Assembly (NCBI GenBank): GCA_012295275.1
Contig: CM022674.1
Location: 4,960,001-5,024,000 of the forward strand
Reading direction: 5' to 3'
DNA from: Chrysomallon squamiferum
Lineage: Eukaryota > Animalia > Mollusca
Length of the DNA: 64,000 bases
Shown: positions 1 through 33,017 of the stretch, piece after piece
Layout of the letters: every line of letters starts with the position of its first letter
How positions within the stretch are numbered: position 1 is the stretch's first letter
Position numbers and translations under genes: made by a program
Notes under the pieces: generated by a model
Told to the model about the DNA's origin: nothing
The model's input: the letters and a program-made list of their open reading frames with translations, nothing else
The model's database searches: none

Positions 1-146
1 ATCAGTGATTTTTGGAATCTGTTAAAATCTGCTAATTTCTGGAAATCACACAACGTAATATAAAAAAGAAAACTAATCATTCATCTGCAAAATTTAAAAC
101 TTTATTTAAAAAAGCTGATTTTAGCAGGGCAAGGTAACATACAAAC

Positions 147-1357
<1,211 letters not shown>

Positions 1358-1890
1358 TATTGTACACTGTTCATTCGTACGTGTTACGCAGGTCCAGCAT
1401 AGAATAACCTAAAAGAGCCGAAAATAAACTAAAATAACTATAACGAAAAAAAAAAGAGATATAAATTATAATATAAATTTATAACCATATGCAAATTAAT
1501 AAGCAGTTAGATTTTAAATGATTTAAAAAGACCGAAATCAGGAAAATACTTTTTGAAAGAAGGTCGTACTGAAATAAATACTAAAATAGGAGACAAACAA
1601 AATTTATAAATTAATTTTTAGAACCTTTAACATACTGTTTAATTTATTGTTAATTAATAATCATTAATGATCATTATAAATATATTGCATTTAAAGTGTG
1701 ATGAAAGAGATATAATAATTTTGTTTACTATTTATTTTTATTCATTTTGGTTTTAATTAGTTTACATTCACTGATTCTGACAGTTCCATACTAACCGGAA
1801 GTGAATTGTGCGGAAAAAAGGAAATAAACTGATAAACAAAACTGACAAAAATACTTAATTTAATCTCTGAATCATTATATATCTTAAATA
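1358..1890. promoter_or_regulatory. Bidirectional promoter region shared by CENATAC (-) and GPS2 (+), including a probable non-coding GPS2 first exon
   Basis: Head-to-head arrangement. ETS/GABP motif CCGGAAGTG at 1795-1803. Consensus donor gtaagt at 1891 and acceptor tttcag ending 2456 upstream of the GPS2 ATG. Confidence 0.55.
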
Positions 1891-2499
1891 GTAAGTTTAA
1901 TTGATTAGAATATTACGTCAATTCCGGATTTTAAAGATCCATTTGTTTCTCTTTTCATTACATTCGTATTTAATAATTTCAGATAGTCTATTTCCGTTAT
2001 AAGCTCAAATTCGGTATATTTACGTTAGTTATTGGTTTTATTAGATGAAATTATACGATCTAAACAAACTTGATATATTAATGGAGCTTAAAGACTGAAT
2101 TATATTACTTTTTATATATCTTTTCAAAGTCTTGGAGTTTATATATGTAATGTTCATTTACTCAAATGTTCAATACGTTGTTTTTCGATTTGTAATAGAA
2201 TTATTAATTAATCAATTATATACGGTTTAATACATATAAATATTGTAATATGATGCACCATTACCATCAGAATATTGATTTTAATTTACCACTGATGTTA
2301 ATTTCAAAGTTAAAATTCATAATTATGACTAATTTTACAATTAGGTATAATAATAATGATAATCAAATGAAAGAAAGTAAAAATACATAATTTAAATGTT
2401 AGAACATCAGGAATCTTTGCGAAAATGACACTGACAGAATTTTAATTTTATTTCAGCAAAAACTTATAAGAATTCGAGGATTAATTTAAAATCTTCAGA

Positions 2500-2615
2500 A
2501 TGCCTGCTCTATTAGAGAGACCGAAAATGTCACTGACAATGTATCAAGCTCTCAAAAGACATATCATTAAAGAAAGAGAGCGGAAAAAACAAGGTTTGAA
2601 CAATTTTATATATTA

Positions 2616-2662
<47 letters not shown>

Positions 2663-3833
2663 GCTGTTAAAAAGGGGCTTTAAACTTAAAGTATTTGTCA
2701 TTTGAATGTACAAAAACACCCTAATAACTGGTATAGATCTGTTAACTACAGTTTCATTCTTTATTTTTCATTGATATTTTTTTGGAGGGGGGAGAGAAGG
2801 AGTATTTATAAAAAACTTTGTCTGGAAAAATCAACAAATTCAGTTTAGTTCAAGTCCTACATTATTTATACATCAGGTTACATACACTCAATATAAAGTG
2901 TGATAGGCATTTCACAATTTTTACAATAAAATAGGACACATTTATTTATTTCACTATTTTTCGCTCTTTTTTCTTTCTTCCTGTATTTTCTTCTTTTCTT
3001 TTTTACTTTTCTTTTCAGAACAATTGCAGGATAAACTGATGGAAGAACGAACACAGAAAGAGAGAGAGATGAAGAAAAAGAAAGAAGAAGCTGACACCCT
3101 TACACTGGAGCAGACAAAAGAACAGGTAACCATGGTGACAACAGGGTCGAATATCATCAAAGTTTTTATTAAAGATGTGTCCTTCTTGCTGTGCTTGTTT
3201 TTTTCATTGTATTCTGTTCAGCTTGCTTTACTCTGTCAATGTTACCCAAAAATTTTGGAAGTGGCATATACCATATGATAAATAAATCATAAATTTTTGG
3301 TTTTTAAATTAATAATAATAATAATTAATTAACGATAATTAATAAAAAATATAAATAGTTACAGTTATAAAAACATGAGATAATTATTCATGAAAAAAAT
3401 AATAATAATAAAATTTAGTAAATATTATTCACAGGGCAAAACAATACAAATATTCAGATTATGGATTCTTAAAGATTTTTAAAGATATTTTTCTAGGTCT
3501 TATTAAAATATTCATTAAACTTTTATCAAAGATTATTAATCTAAACTGAATCGTTCTTTTATAACCATCTAATTACATTCAAGTATGATATTCAAACACA
3601 CAATCCTGCATACACAGACATACACAAACGTACAGACATACACAAACTGACTGATTAATGAGGATTAAAAAAGATCTTTGCCACTGCATTTTCAGCTATT
3701 TTTTCTTAAGTTTCACAGAGTTGGATACATTTTGACACAGCTATCTATTATTATTATTTATTTATTTATTTATTTATTTAAAATTCTTTTTTTTTTTTTT
3801 TTTAAATTAATTTCTTTCTTTCTTTTTTTTAAA

Positions 3834-3902
<69 letters not shown>

Positions 3903-6900
3903 TGTTTATTTAAAGATTTCTCAACTTGAGAAAAGACTAAAAGAACTTGAGACGGAGAAACATGAACTGTTTTCCAGACTCAAAAAAGTTTTACATCAAG
4001 AAGACGAATCTCGCAGGAGAACTCAGATAAAGGAACAGAAGTGAGATTTTATTTATTTATTTATTTATTTATTTAGTTATTTAGTTAGTTAGTTAGTTAG
4101 GTAGTTTGTTATTCATTTATTTTATCATTTATTTTTGTTTATTATAATGTTTTATTCAAATTACATTTATTTGTTGTTAAAAGTTTAAAAAAACAATTTC
4201 ATGAAACTTGATTATAATGACCTCTAGGAAATGATATTTATTTATATATTTGTTTATTTTATTTATTACTTTTTTATAATTATTATTATAATATCACATT
4301 ATTATTATTATTATTATAACAATAATACCCACATGTTTGACATTTAATAATTGTTAATATTTATAATGCTTTGAAGTGTTTTTAAACTAATCACTTTGTC
4401 TTTTTGTTCCTTTCATCCACTCATCATTCTTTTTTTATTTTTTTTCATTAATTTTTTTTTCACACATCTAGTCATTCATACTTTCTTATTTTCTACCTTT
4501 CTCTTTCATTCACATTGTCCATCCATTCATTCATTCATTCATTCGTTCATTCATTTGTTCATTTGTTCCTCTAATTGCAGTGAGATGTTGATACAACAAC
4601 AAGGGTACCAGTGTCTTCAGATTCCGGTCTCCTCGCATCCAGCAATGTTACAGCAGATATCTGGCCGGCCAGCAATGTACAAACACCCACAAGTCTTAGT
4701 GGTCAGTTTTACTGTGTCCACTTACTGTGTTACTTTAATAACTGGAACAAATAATTTGTCAAGTTCAGTGGTCAATTTTACTGTGTCCACTTACTGTGTT
4801 ACTATAATAACTGGACAAATAATTTATCAAATTCAGTGGTCAGTTTTACTGTGTCCACTTACTGTGTTACTGTAATAACTGGACAAATAATTTGATTCAG
4901 TGGTCAGTTTTACTGTGTCCACTTACTGTGTTACTATAATAACTGGACAAATAATTTGTCAAGATTCAGTGGTCAGTTTTACTGTGTCCACTTACTATGT
5001 TACTTTAATAACTGTACAAATAATTTGTCAAATTCAGTGGTTAACTTTAATAACTGGACAAATAATTTGTCAAATTACTAGTCAGTTTTACCACTTACTA
5101 TGTTATTATAATAACTGGACAAATAATTTGTCAATGTTAATTAACTACTACTAGTCTACTAATTACTGCAATGATAGCTAATTACTACTACTACTACTAC
5201 CAGCACCATTACCACAACTTCACAACTACTACTACTACTGCTAATACTAATACTACAACAACCACTACTACTGCAGCTTCAGGTACCAGACCAATTATTC
5301 AGATTATTAGGCATTCGGATTTCTGGATTTTCCTGGTTTTCTGGTACCAAGACATCTAAATATGTAAATAATTAGGCATAAACATTTTAAAATTAAAACA
5401 TAAAAAGAATTGATGATGACACAACAGCACGTAAACAATGCGGTGAGTGAATACTTGAAAGAGTAGTTCTACTATTCAGATCAACTAATAATTGTTATTA
5501 CTACAACTTCAGTTACTATAATTATTTTTACTGCTTTACCATTGTTGTTATTACTACCAACATTATTACAACAACAATTACTACTACAACAATTACTACT
5601 ACTACTACCTCTGCAACTGTTACTACAATAAACAGAATAATAATAACAATAATAGCAACAAATAATAATAACAGTATGACCTGCCAATTACAAAATATTT
5701 AATAATAAATAATACTAATTATTAAGTAGTTTTTATAGTAGTAACAATGATAATAATGATATTAATAAAAACAGCTACAGTAGTATTATCATAAGAAAAC
5801 TTAACAAATCATACTTTTTTTTCTTTTTTTCAGGGTGTCAAAAGAATGAGGACTCCGTCACCACCAGCTACATCGTCATACCAGAACTACGAAGATCCTA
5901 AATACCTTCACACATCGTTCACAACGGCACCAAAACAACAAGCTGCCAGTCATTTATATCAACATCCACAGGGAACTGAGTATAGTTAGTACACAAATTT
6001 TTTATTCTTTTCTTTGTTTATAATAACTTTTAAAAATACACTTGTACTCAAACCAGTGTATTTTTTTACATTTGATTATAACTTAATACTAATGAGTAAC
6101 TGTTTCGTTGAGAGTCAATACCATTGAAAATGCTTTATCAGAAATGCTTGGGATCAGAACTGTTTTGGATTTCGGAATGTTTCGGATTTTGGAATATAAG
6201 GAGATAGCTTTAGAATAGAATCTATGTCTAACTATGAATTTCATTCATTTTTCAATATACAGCTAAAACAAATAGTCTGCAGGATTCTTTAAAATAATAT
6301 CTGTAATAATTTTGTGCATAAATTGTGGTCTGTGTATGAAAAATTGTCTGAAAATGTTTTGGATATCAGAGCTTTTCTGATAAGGGATCATCAACCTGTA
6401 GTAAATATTAAAATTAAAAATTATTGTAGAAAAAAAAAAGAAAGGAAAGAAGACTAAATAGAATTCTGTGATTCAAAGTTATTGTTTTAATTTGTTTTTG
6501 TTTTTTTTGTTTTTTGTTCTTAAAATTTTATGTATTTCGTAATTAAAGTTTTAAAACAGTATTTATAAAATCTTTACTTATTTGCAGTAAATTTTTAATT
6601 TGATATATAATTATTTTAATCTTAAGAATTATTGTAATATCAAAAATTAAACCATTTAACATCCATGTTAAGAAACAAAAGTAATTATATTTAATCATTT
6701 ATATTATCATATGCTAGAGATTAATGGGTGACAAATTGAAAATATTCTTTTATCATTTCTCATTTTATAATTTTCCTTATTTTATTTATCATTTTATTAT
6801 TATTATACTTTTTTATTTAATAATTTTTTTTGTTTTCACCATTTTGATAATAATAATTCTTATTAAATCTTATCTTATCCTGTTTATTCCAGAAGGTACT

Positions 6901-7515
6901 GCTTACTCACAAGCTCAGCCTGGTCATGTGACCTACACCAGCCAATCATCATCGTCGACAGGACATTCGTTTCAGCAGCAGGCTGGAGTGTACACAAGCA
7001 GCCAATCGCAGCCAGGGAAATATCTTCAGCCCGGCCAATCAGCTTTCACGTCTTATCCATCTCATTATGCACAACACCAGCAGAAACAGCAACTCCCAGA
7101 CAACTTTCCACCTGGCTTTGCAATTCAGAGAATGCAGCAACAAGGTATGTTGTTGTTGTTGTTGTTGTTGTTGTTGGAATATTGTGTTTATTATTATTGT
7201 TGTTGTGGTTGTTGTTGTTTTTATTATCATTGTTGTTGTGTCTGTTGTTTTATTATGTTGTTGTCATCATTGTTGTTGCTGTTATTATTATTGTTACTAT
7301 TTATTATTACAAATACTACTAATGTTACCACTGCCACTGTTACTACTACTGCTGTTATTACTGTTATGATATTAATACAGTCACAACTACCATTAGTGCT
7401 ATTCTTATCATCATTATTAGTAGTAGTAGTAGTAGTGGTAGTATTATTATTATTATTACTGTTATTACTTTATCATTATTAATTTGGTGTTATTATTAGT
7501 ATTATTATTATTATT

Positions 7516-7604
<89 letters not shown>

Positions 7605-7859
7605 TATTATTATTCTTATTGTTATTGTTATTATTATTACAGGTTATATAGGATCACCACATGGAACAGGTATTTCAATTCAACAGCAACTTGAACATGC
7701 CAATCAGAAATCTGGATTCACAGAAGACAAATACAAGATGCAACAGGTAAAAGAGAAATATTTAATTTTAAAACCTGTACTGATAGTTTCACACATAATC
7801 AATCACCTCCATATGTTCAGTGCAGATAAATAAATCACATAGCTACATACACACATACA

Positions 7860-7944
<85 letters not shown>

Positions 7945-9778
7945 ATGTATATATATGTCTGTGTGTGAGTGTATGTGTGTATATGCATGTGTATATATAT
8001 AGATATATAAAATAAATGAAAGAGAAAGAGATAAATTGATAGATGGATGGTTAAAAAGAACGATAGACAGAGAGACAGACAAATAAATTAATAAACAGAA
8101 AATAAATAAATAAATAAATAAATGCCTCTACACACTAAGTTTGGTTTTATTTACCAGAGACAGGAAACAAAAGTGCTTAAGGTTCAAGTTGAAACTATTT
8201 GTATTCTTCTTGACAAACACAAAAAAAATTGAAACTTCTAAATTTAAAATGTGTCCTATTCAAGTATTTTAATATTATTCCAAATAATCTTTAACTTTTT
8301 TGTGTGAAATATTTTATAAATACATTTCATGAGAATTATTCTATTTTTATTTTTATTGGTTTTTATTAGTTTTGTTTTTATTGTTTTTAATTTAAGGGTT
8401 TTTTTTATTTTTATTTATATTTATAATTTTTTTTTTTTTTTCAGGTTAGAGAACAACAGAGAAATTTTCCAACAGAACAGTGGCAACAAGGATCAGCAGT
8501 GGCTCCACAGTATGCATTTCAGAGAGTGAGTCTTAACTTTGTGTATGTCATAGAGGGGGGTAAGGAATGAGGGAGGAGGGAGGGAGAGAGAGGGAAAAGA
8601 GAGTTACATACTGTAGTTTATCATAGATGTATATGGACGTATGTCTACGTTTTTGCATCCATGTGTTTTTCCAGACAACTATGCATCTGATTGACTGTAT
8701 TTCTATGTGTGTCTCTGTATTTACTTATTTACTTATTATGTATAATTTGTGGCTACTGAAAGGCTCGAAGTAACAAATTTTGTTGTGTTTTTACTGTTTA
8801 AAGGTTTTCTAATTATTTGCCACAAGCAACTTACATACATATGCACTGAATAATTGTGCATTCTCCTTTATTCAGTTTAAATTTTTTAATTTATATGAGC
8901 TTTTTCATCTTTTATTTATTTTCATAACTGTTGTTGTTGTTGATGTTGTTTTAAAATGTTGGGTTACTATATTTTTACAGGCACCAATAAGAGGTAAAAC
9001 GCCATTACCAGGGCAACAGCCAGCCATAATGCAGCAGCAGCTACAGTTGCAGCAGAGTCAGTCAAAGGTATTTTGTTTATTTAGTTATTTATTTATTTAG
9101 TTATTTAGTTATTTTTATCTGTTTATTTTTAAATTTATTTATTTACCTTTTTATTATATTTATTTTTATTTACATTTTGGTTATTTACCTTTTTATTATA
9201 ATTATTAATTTATATTTTCACCTTTAATAATGTTTTATTAATCTATATTTTTTATTATTATTATTTTATCTTTAATTTATTTATTTATTTATTATTATTA
9301 TTTTTTTTTTTTTTATTGTTTCTTTATTTCTTTATTTTTTATTATTATTATATATCATGAAATATGTTTATGGGTATCACATGCTGATATTAAAAATATT
9401 TCCAAGAGACTGCAGTATATTTAAACTAGCAGTTTATTCTGATCTGTGTGTAAGTAAAATAACATTTTAAAAAAAATTAATAATTTATTTATTTAGCTAA
9501 GTATTGTTTTTTTTTTAAATAGCATTTATTTATTTACTTATTTACAAGTACTGATTGATTGATTGATTTTTGTATTTATTTATTTATCTATGTACCTATA
9601 TCTCTATTTATCCATTTATTATTTCGTTCTTTATTTCACAGGGAAGTATTGTGACTGGTTATCCTTCACGACCCCACACAGGTCCCTCAGGGTCGTATCA
9701 GACTCAGCCTGCGCAGGTTTGTTGATCTGATTATTTCCCTTTATGTAATGATTAGATCTGAGAGATTTGTAAAAGTAA

Positions 9779-9867
<89 letters not shown>

Positions 9868-10019
9868 TAAAATAAAAGTAAATTTAAGAAAAGATAGAAA
9901 TGAAAAGTATTCCTATTTTCGATCAGACAGTGAATTTGTTTATTATGTAAAGATAATGTTTGTTTGTTTGTTTGCAGGGCAACTTTCCACCACAAACTAC
10001 TCAAGGCAGACCTAACTGA
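2500..10019 (+). CDS. GPS2: G protein pathway suppressor 2 (NCoR/SMRT-HDAC3 complex subunit)
   Basis: Exons 2500-2593, 3019-3125, 3916-4040, 4581-4701, 5834-5984, 6893-7144, 7643-7746, 8445-8525, 8981-9067, 9642-9716, 9978-10019; all GT-AG and phase-compatible. N-terminus MPALLERPKMSLTMYQALKRHIIKERERKKQ...TLEQTKEQISQLEKRLKELETEKHELFSRLKKVLHQEDE matches the GPS2 coiled coil, followed by KRMRTPSPP and a Q/P/S-rich tail. Confidence 0.93.
4699..5135 (+). repeat. ~64-69 bp minisatellite (6-7 copies) starting at the GPS2 coding exon 4 splice donor
   Basis: Unit gtggtcagttttactgtgtccacttactgtgttact(a/t)taataactggacaaataatttgtcaa(a)ttca. Starts at 4699, 4768, 4836, 4900, 4969, 5037, then a degenerate copy near 5080. 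Confidence 0.92.
6105..6400 (+). mobile_element. pogo/Tigger-type MITE (Tigger4/MER46-like) in a GPS2 intron
   Basis: Left part ttatcagaaatgcttgggatcagaactgttttggatttcgga...ttcggattttggaatat; right end ttctgataagggatcatcaacctg followed by TA (Tc1/mariner-pogo target site). Resembles the recalled Tigger4/MER46 termini (CAGGTTGAGTATCCCTTATC...). Left TIR is decayed. Confidence 0.7.
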
Positions 10020-10040
10020 GTTGAAACTTCATAAAAACAC

Positions 10041-10440
10041 TGAAATCTGTGAACAAGAGAAGTTCTTCAGTATCACATGACTTAAACAAGCACAGTCATT
10101 GGTTGTCTCTGTTAGTCACGTGACCTGATCAACAATTATAAATATGGAGGATGCGTGTTATTAACAACAGAAGATGAAATCATTTAAATATGAAATAACA
10201 TTGAAAGAAAAGTTATCTCTTTAGTTGCATCACGTGACTAAAATCTGCTCTTTCATTGGCTTATTGTGCTTGTCATATGACCTGCCGAAAGGTATAAATA
10301 TTGGAAGACAGTATTTATTAAATGTCAGATTGCAATGTCTCTATTTAAATAAGAAAGTTTAGATAACTGTTTCTGTCACATAACCTCACGTCACAAGATG
10401 TGAACGTGCTCTGTCATTGGTCAGTTATTCCTGTCATGTG
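10041..10440 (+). repeat. Dispersed duplicated segment, copy 1 (start of the GPS2 3'UTR)
   Basis: Collinear with 20829-21210, e.g. gtcattggttgtct.tgtt.gtca.gtgacctgatc..a.attata(a)aatatggaggatg, and further blocks to attggtcagttattcctgtc vs actggctgaatattctcgtc. Confidence 0.85.
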
Positions 10441-10484
10441 ACAAACTCCACAACAGGCTTTTAGTAATTTGTACATCACATGTC

Positions 10485-10529
<45 letters not shown>

Positions 10530-12665
10530 CCCTTTGGGTATATATACATTTATATAAGGCGTTTAAATTATTTCTCTATGCTTTACCTTAATACTTAAAA
10601 CATAACAAAGCTTGTTTTAGGCTCTAATGCTCTGTTTTCCTGTTCATCTCATATAGATACATGAGAAAGATAAACTATTAAAATGTCTGTGCTCTTAGAT
10701 TTGTGTGTTTAGCCAAGTTTTAATGGCTGGCTTTGTTTCACACTTATTTCACAAACTTCTTCATATTCTTTTGCCTGGATTGTTTCTTCATCAAAACACC
10801 AGGAATATCTAAGTTCAGAATGATAGGCTAATGTAAGTCACATGACACCCTAGAGGAGAGTTTGATTGGCTGTTTTATTGAATTTATTTGACTAACTGTG
10901 TCTGTTGGTTTTATTTTATGATTTATTTGATATTACTATTCAAGTTTTAGATTTTCTAACATTATCAGTGATCATCTTTTGATTACTGCATACAATAAGT
11001 TGATTGTCAGATACCATTAACTGGACATATTTCTTTAAATGCCATTCGTTCATGTTACTGTCTATTACACATCACATGACTAAAATATGAATTTATTTGA
11101 CTAACTGGTTTTGTACCTGTCATTAACTGGATGTTTCTTGACTCTGTAAATAACAATGCCATCAGTGTGTTTTATTGGGTGGTTTTTCTCTGACCTTTGA
11201 CTGGATATGTCATCTGAAATATCTTATACGATTGGCTGTTGCACATCACATGATACAATTAGCTCTTTGATTGGCTAGTTTTGTAACATTATTTGACAAG
11301 TGTTTTTCTTGGAATACTGTTCCAGTATGTGATTGGCTGGGGATTTTGTTGGTTTTTTCTTGTGTGTGTCACATGACAGGCTGTAGACATCTGATTGGCT
11401 GAAGGTCATTATGTCACATAATAAATTACCACTGTTTGACTGAATATTTTTTCCTTAATTATGTGACCTCGGTAGCTGCTACTGGAACCTGTCTTCAGAC
11501 TGTAACATATTTTTCTTTCACTTGTTTACTTACTTTCAACTTAGCTTTGGATACATCTAATCATTATTAATTAGTTTATAAAGCAAGAATTAACAATGAA
11601 GGGTTGTGGTTAGAGAAATTAATAATCAGTAGTTGAATAACAGTGAATAAATGAATATATGAATGAATGAGTGAATAAATGAAAGAAAAAAAGAGTTGGA
11701 ATATGAATGAATAAAAAGAAAAATCTTTATTTGTTAAATTTGTATTTAAAGTGCATGATAGGTGAACTGAAATAGGTGTTCCTGTTATTGTTAGATTATA
11801 AATGTGAAAGACAAATGTTTTGGTACTGCATTAGTATCATTCATTTTCTCTTTATGATGTTGGATTGTATGCAAGCATTCGTGAACAGGTACACACACAC
11901 ACATACACATACAGTATTTGCATACAGCACATGCATCTGTTATAAAATGTTGAGATTGTTGTTTACAGAAATAAAAGTAAATAAAAAAAGTAGAAATTCA
12001 TCTCTTGATATTAACAAACTTTCTCCTTCTTCCTCTCACTATCTTTCTCTCTTTTCTCCCTCACACTCTCCATTATCTTTTTTAATCTACTGTTTTCAAT
12101 AAAATTAACAGAAATCTGTAGAAAAATTGCTTTGTTTGTTGTTTGAATCTCAGTTGATGTAAAATAAGCTGTTTTTTTGTTAAATAAAATGTGAAATAAA
12201 ACATAGAAACCTATGACAGATTTCGTTTTATCTGTTTGAACTATATAAGCATTCTGAATGGAATATGTACGACTGTTTGTTTTGTCAAATTATTACAATA
12301 TCTAGAAATAAAAACAATAATATTAATAATAAATATTAATCTATATATATATATATATATATATATAAGCTGAGCTTATCTAGCTTACCATTCGTCAAGC
12401 GTAATTAACCAATAACTTAAACATTTGGGGATGAAAAGTGATCCTGTATCCGTAATATACAGGATTTGGTCCATTAAGGATTTTAATAAAAACCATGTAT
12501 AAAACGTAAATTCAGGACCAAAAAAAAACATGGCCATGATAACTAGGGACCGATTTTGCCAGTTTAATAATTTAAAGATTACGTCAAAAACAAAACTATT
12601 ATCAAAACAAAACAATTTATTTTTACTTTATATACATTGCATTTCAAAGATAACATTAAGTCAGT

Positions 12666-12750
<85 letters not shown>

Positions 12751-12754
12751 TTAT

Positions 12755-29693
<16,939 letters not shown>

Positions 29694-30391
29694 CGTAAGA
29701 ACAGATTTTTATCGAACGATCACACACAACACAGAAACATACTCTGTTATTCCTTGTCAAGCAAGTATAGGCTGATGACCATAATCCAGGCTAAGACAGA
29801 CGTGTTTGAAAACCCACATAATCCAAGCCACTCGGACCTCAAGACACTGCCTAACACCGTGGTCCTTTATGACACTCTGCACATCTTTTAATCTGATACA
29901 GGAAACTTCGGGTTCGTTATGTATGTTAAAGGGATTTCCCCATAGGCGAGTACTTTAATACGGAAGAGCATAAAATGTAAAACTTGCCTGAAGACGTATT
30001 TTGATTTGGTAATTATGTACGTAATTGTTGTTTAAGTTCGCCGGTGCGATTTTAGAAGTAGTCGTAAAAACGAAATAAAAGTTAATGTAATTTTCAGTGT
30101 GGTTTTCGTTTGTTTTTATTTTAAATTTAATTAATATAGATTATGAAAATGATTAGTTTAATGGAATATAACAGGCAAAATTCACTTTAACGTAATGTCG
30201 TATATGCTTCTTCTTTTTTGTTGTTATTATTATTATTAAAGTTAATAGCAAGATGCGTAACAGGAATTTACAAATACATCGAAACAGTTATATGTAATGC
30301 GTGTAGAAGTGTAAAATATTTGAAGTTAACAAAAAAAAAGAAATATATATATTCGTTAATGTAATGTAATAAAATTAAATGTATTTTGACG

Positions 30392-30476
<85 letters not shown>

Positions 30477-31339
30477 CATATAATTATACTCATATACCTT
30501 TAACACTTGCTGTAACTTGAATATCACAAGATTACTTTACACTTAATAACTTTGAAAGTTTGAAAGTTTATTTTAAAATGCCTTGAAGAAATAGCCGTCT
30601 ACTTTAGGTCAGTATTTTCATGAGATTCTGTTTTTTCTTCTTGTTTTTTATCACTAAGTACAGACGTAGGTCATTTTCAAAGGGCTATTTTGAAATCACC
30701 TCGCTTCAGGCTTTTGAAAAACTAAATTCAGCTGGTTTGGAATCAGATTATTTCATTTACAAGATGAAAAAAAAAAAAATTCCTTTGATTAATCAATCAA
30801 AGGATAATGAACGAAATGAACTTATCATTTATTCAACAATCACTATAATAATAATATTGATTAATTATTATTATTATTATTATTATTATTATTGTTGTTG
30901 TTATTATTATTATTATTATTATTGTTATTATTATTATTATTATTGTTGTTGTTATTATTGTTGTTGTTGTTGTTTTTATTATTACTGTGATTGTTGTTTT
31001 CACCGTCATTATCATCGCTATTAAGGCCTGGTTATTGTTATTGATATAACAATTATAAATTATTTACTGTTACCGTTATTGTTGTTGTTTTTGTTGATGA
31101 TGGTTTCAACCTACTCTTCTTTCTGTTTACTTTATTTATTCAGTTTTGGTAGTCATGATGTTTCTCTGTTTCCAACAACAATCTTTTTTTTCCCCCTATT
31201 TTAATTATTATTATTTCTTTTCAATCACAAACCATTAAATTAAAAATAAATAAATCTCTTTGATACTCTAACATTTCTATTGTTTTTGTGTTAATTTTTA
31301 TTTTTTTGTAATTGTTTTTTTTTTTTTTTTTTTTTTTTT

Positions 31340-31371
<32 letters not shown>

Positions 31372-31933
31372 CGGTTCATCAATTAACCTACCATTATTTT
31401 CCTGATCCCAATCAAAAAAAAAAATAAAAATAAAAATAGAAAAAAAATAGAAGAAAGTGAAAAAATAAAGTTAATAGGTCTCACACATTAATTATCCATA
31501 ATCAGGTTTCCGTTGAACGAAGCTCTATTGGCTAATTTCAATGAAAACGCCGACAGCTATTGGAAATACTGTAACACGCCCTTTTGGTTTCGTAATAAAA
31601 TTGTAAAGCTTTGCTGATTAACAAACAAAAAAATAATAAGTAAAAAAAAAAAAAAAAAAATTAAAAAAATCAATCAATCAATTATTCAGTTCAGTTCATT
31701 GCGGCTTGACTTAGTTGTTGTTATAATACTGTAATTATGGTTGTTGTTGTTGTTGTTGTTGTTGTTGTTATTATTATTATTATCATTTGTAGTAGTAGCA
31801 GTAGTAGTAGCTTGGTTTTTTGGAGGAGATATTGCCTTTTATTTATTTTATTTTATTTACTATACTAAGTGGAAAAAATATATATATATATATATATATT
31901 CTTTTTACTTCGACATCTCATTTTCTGTTTTAG

Positions 31934-31966
<33 letters not shown>

Positions 31967-32386
31967 GTATTATTAATATTAATTAATCAACCTGTTTATT
32001 AATATTATGTGCTTTATCAGTCAAGACCGCGATGAAATACGTAATTAGTCGAACAATTCCGAATGACAATAAATGACGTCAATAATTGAATGACGTCATA
32101 TACGCTGGACGACCAATTCTTATTGTTATGCCTTTTTTTTATCGTGTGTGAAATATTTTCATTTAAGGTATGAAATGATTGCCATTGTTTCTAATTCTTT
32201 ACCAGATTACGTGTTTCGTGGGATAATTAATTCTGAAATTACTTCTTTTTTTTTTTTTTTTTTGATCAGTGCAAATTAAAGATATAAGCAACCACTTTAC
32301 ATAAACAATAATACAGAAGCATTTTGTTGAAAGAAAAATACCTACAAGTCACAATTAATTGCTTTTTTATTTTTATTATTATTATT

Positions 32387-32417
<31 letters not shown>

Positions 32418-32557
32418 CTGTTGTTGTTGTGTTTTTTTTGTACATATCCATCTACGTCAGTTTTCTCTTTCTATCTGTTGTTTTATCTGTATACTTATCT
32501 TTATTTCTATTTCTCGCTGTCTATCCATCATTCTTTCTTTCTCTCAATATGTCGTTA

Positions 32558-32638
<81 letters not shown>

Positions 32639-33017
32639 GTGTGTGTGTGGTAATCGATCTAATGACTTATTCGCTTTCGATTATCAAGTCATTTAATCTA
32701 ACCGTCTGTATGACTCAGATAATCGTGCAGTGATACGATTTAACACGATCAGTTTTAAAGTTTAACCTTCTGTTAAATGTATCCTTCGTTCGTATACGAA
32801 GGTATGACAGAGCACCACAAATGGCTGTTATAATTCACATAGTATTACGTCATATCTCTTCGACTGTAGTATTGGAACTATTTGTCTCGTTACCTTTTGT
32901 ACTCGACCGGGTACAGACGTACCATCATTAACCCTTTCAGTTTACGTTTTATCAAAGTTTAACAGATGTATGTACTTTAACAGCAGGAGTCAGAACATTT
33001 CATGAAGTATTCATTAA

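Noticed and set aside
5282-5348. Short inverted repeat ggtaccaga...tctggtacc
   Set aside because: Only 9 bp arms. Possibly a MITE relic but too short to call.
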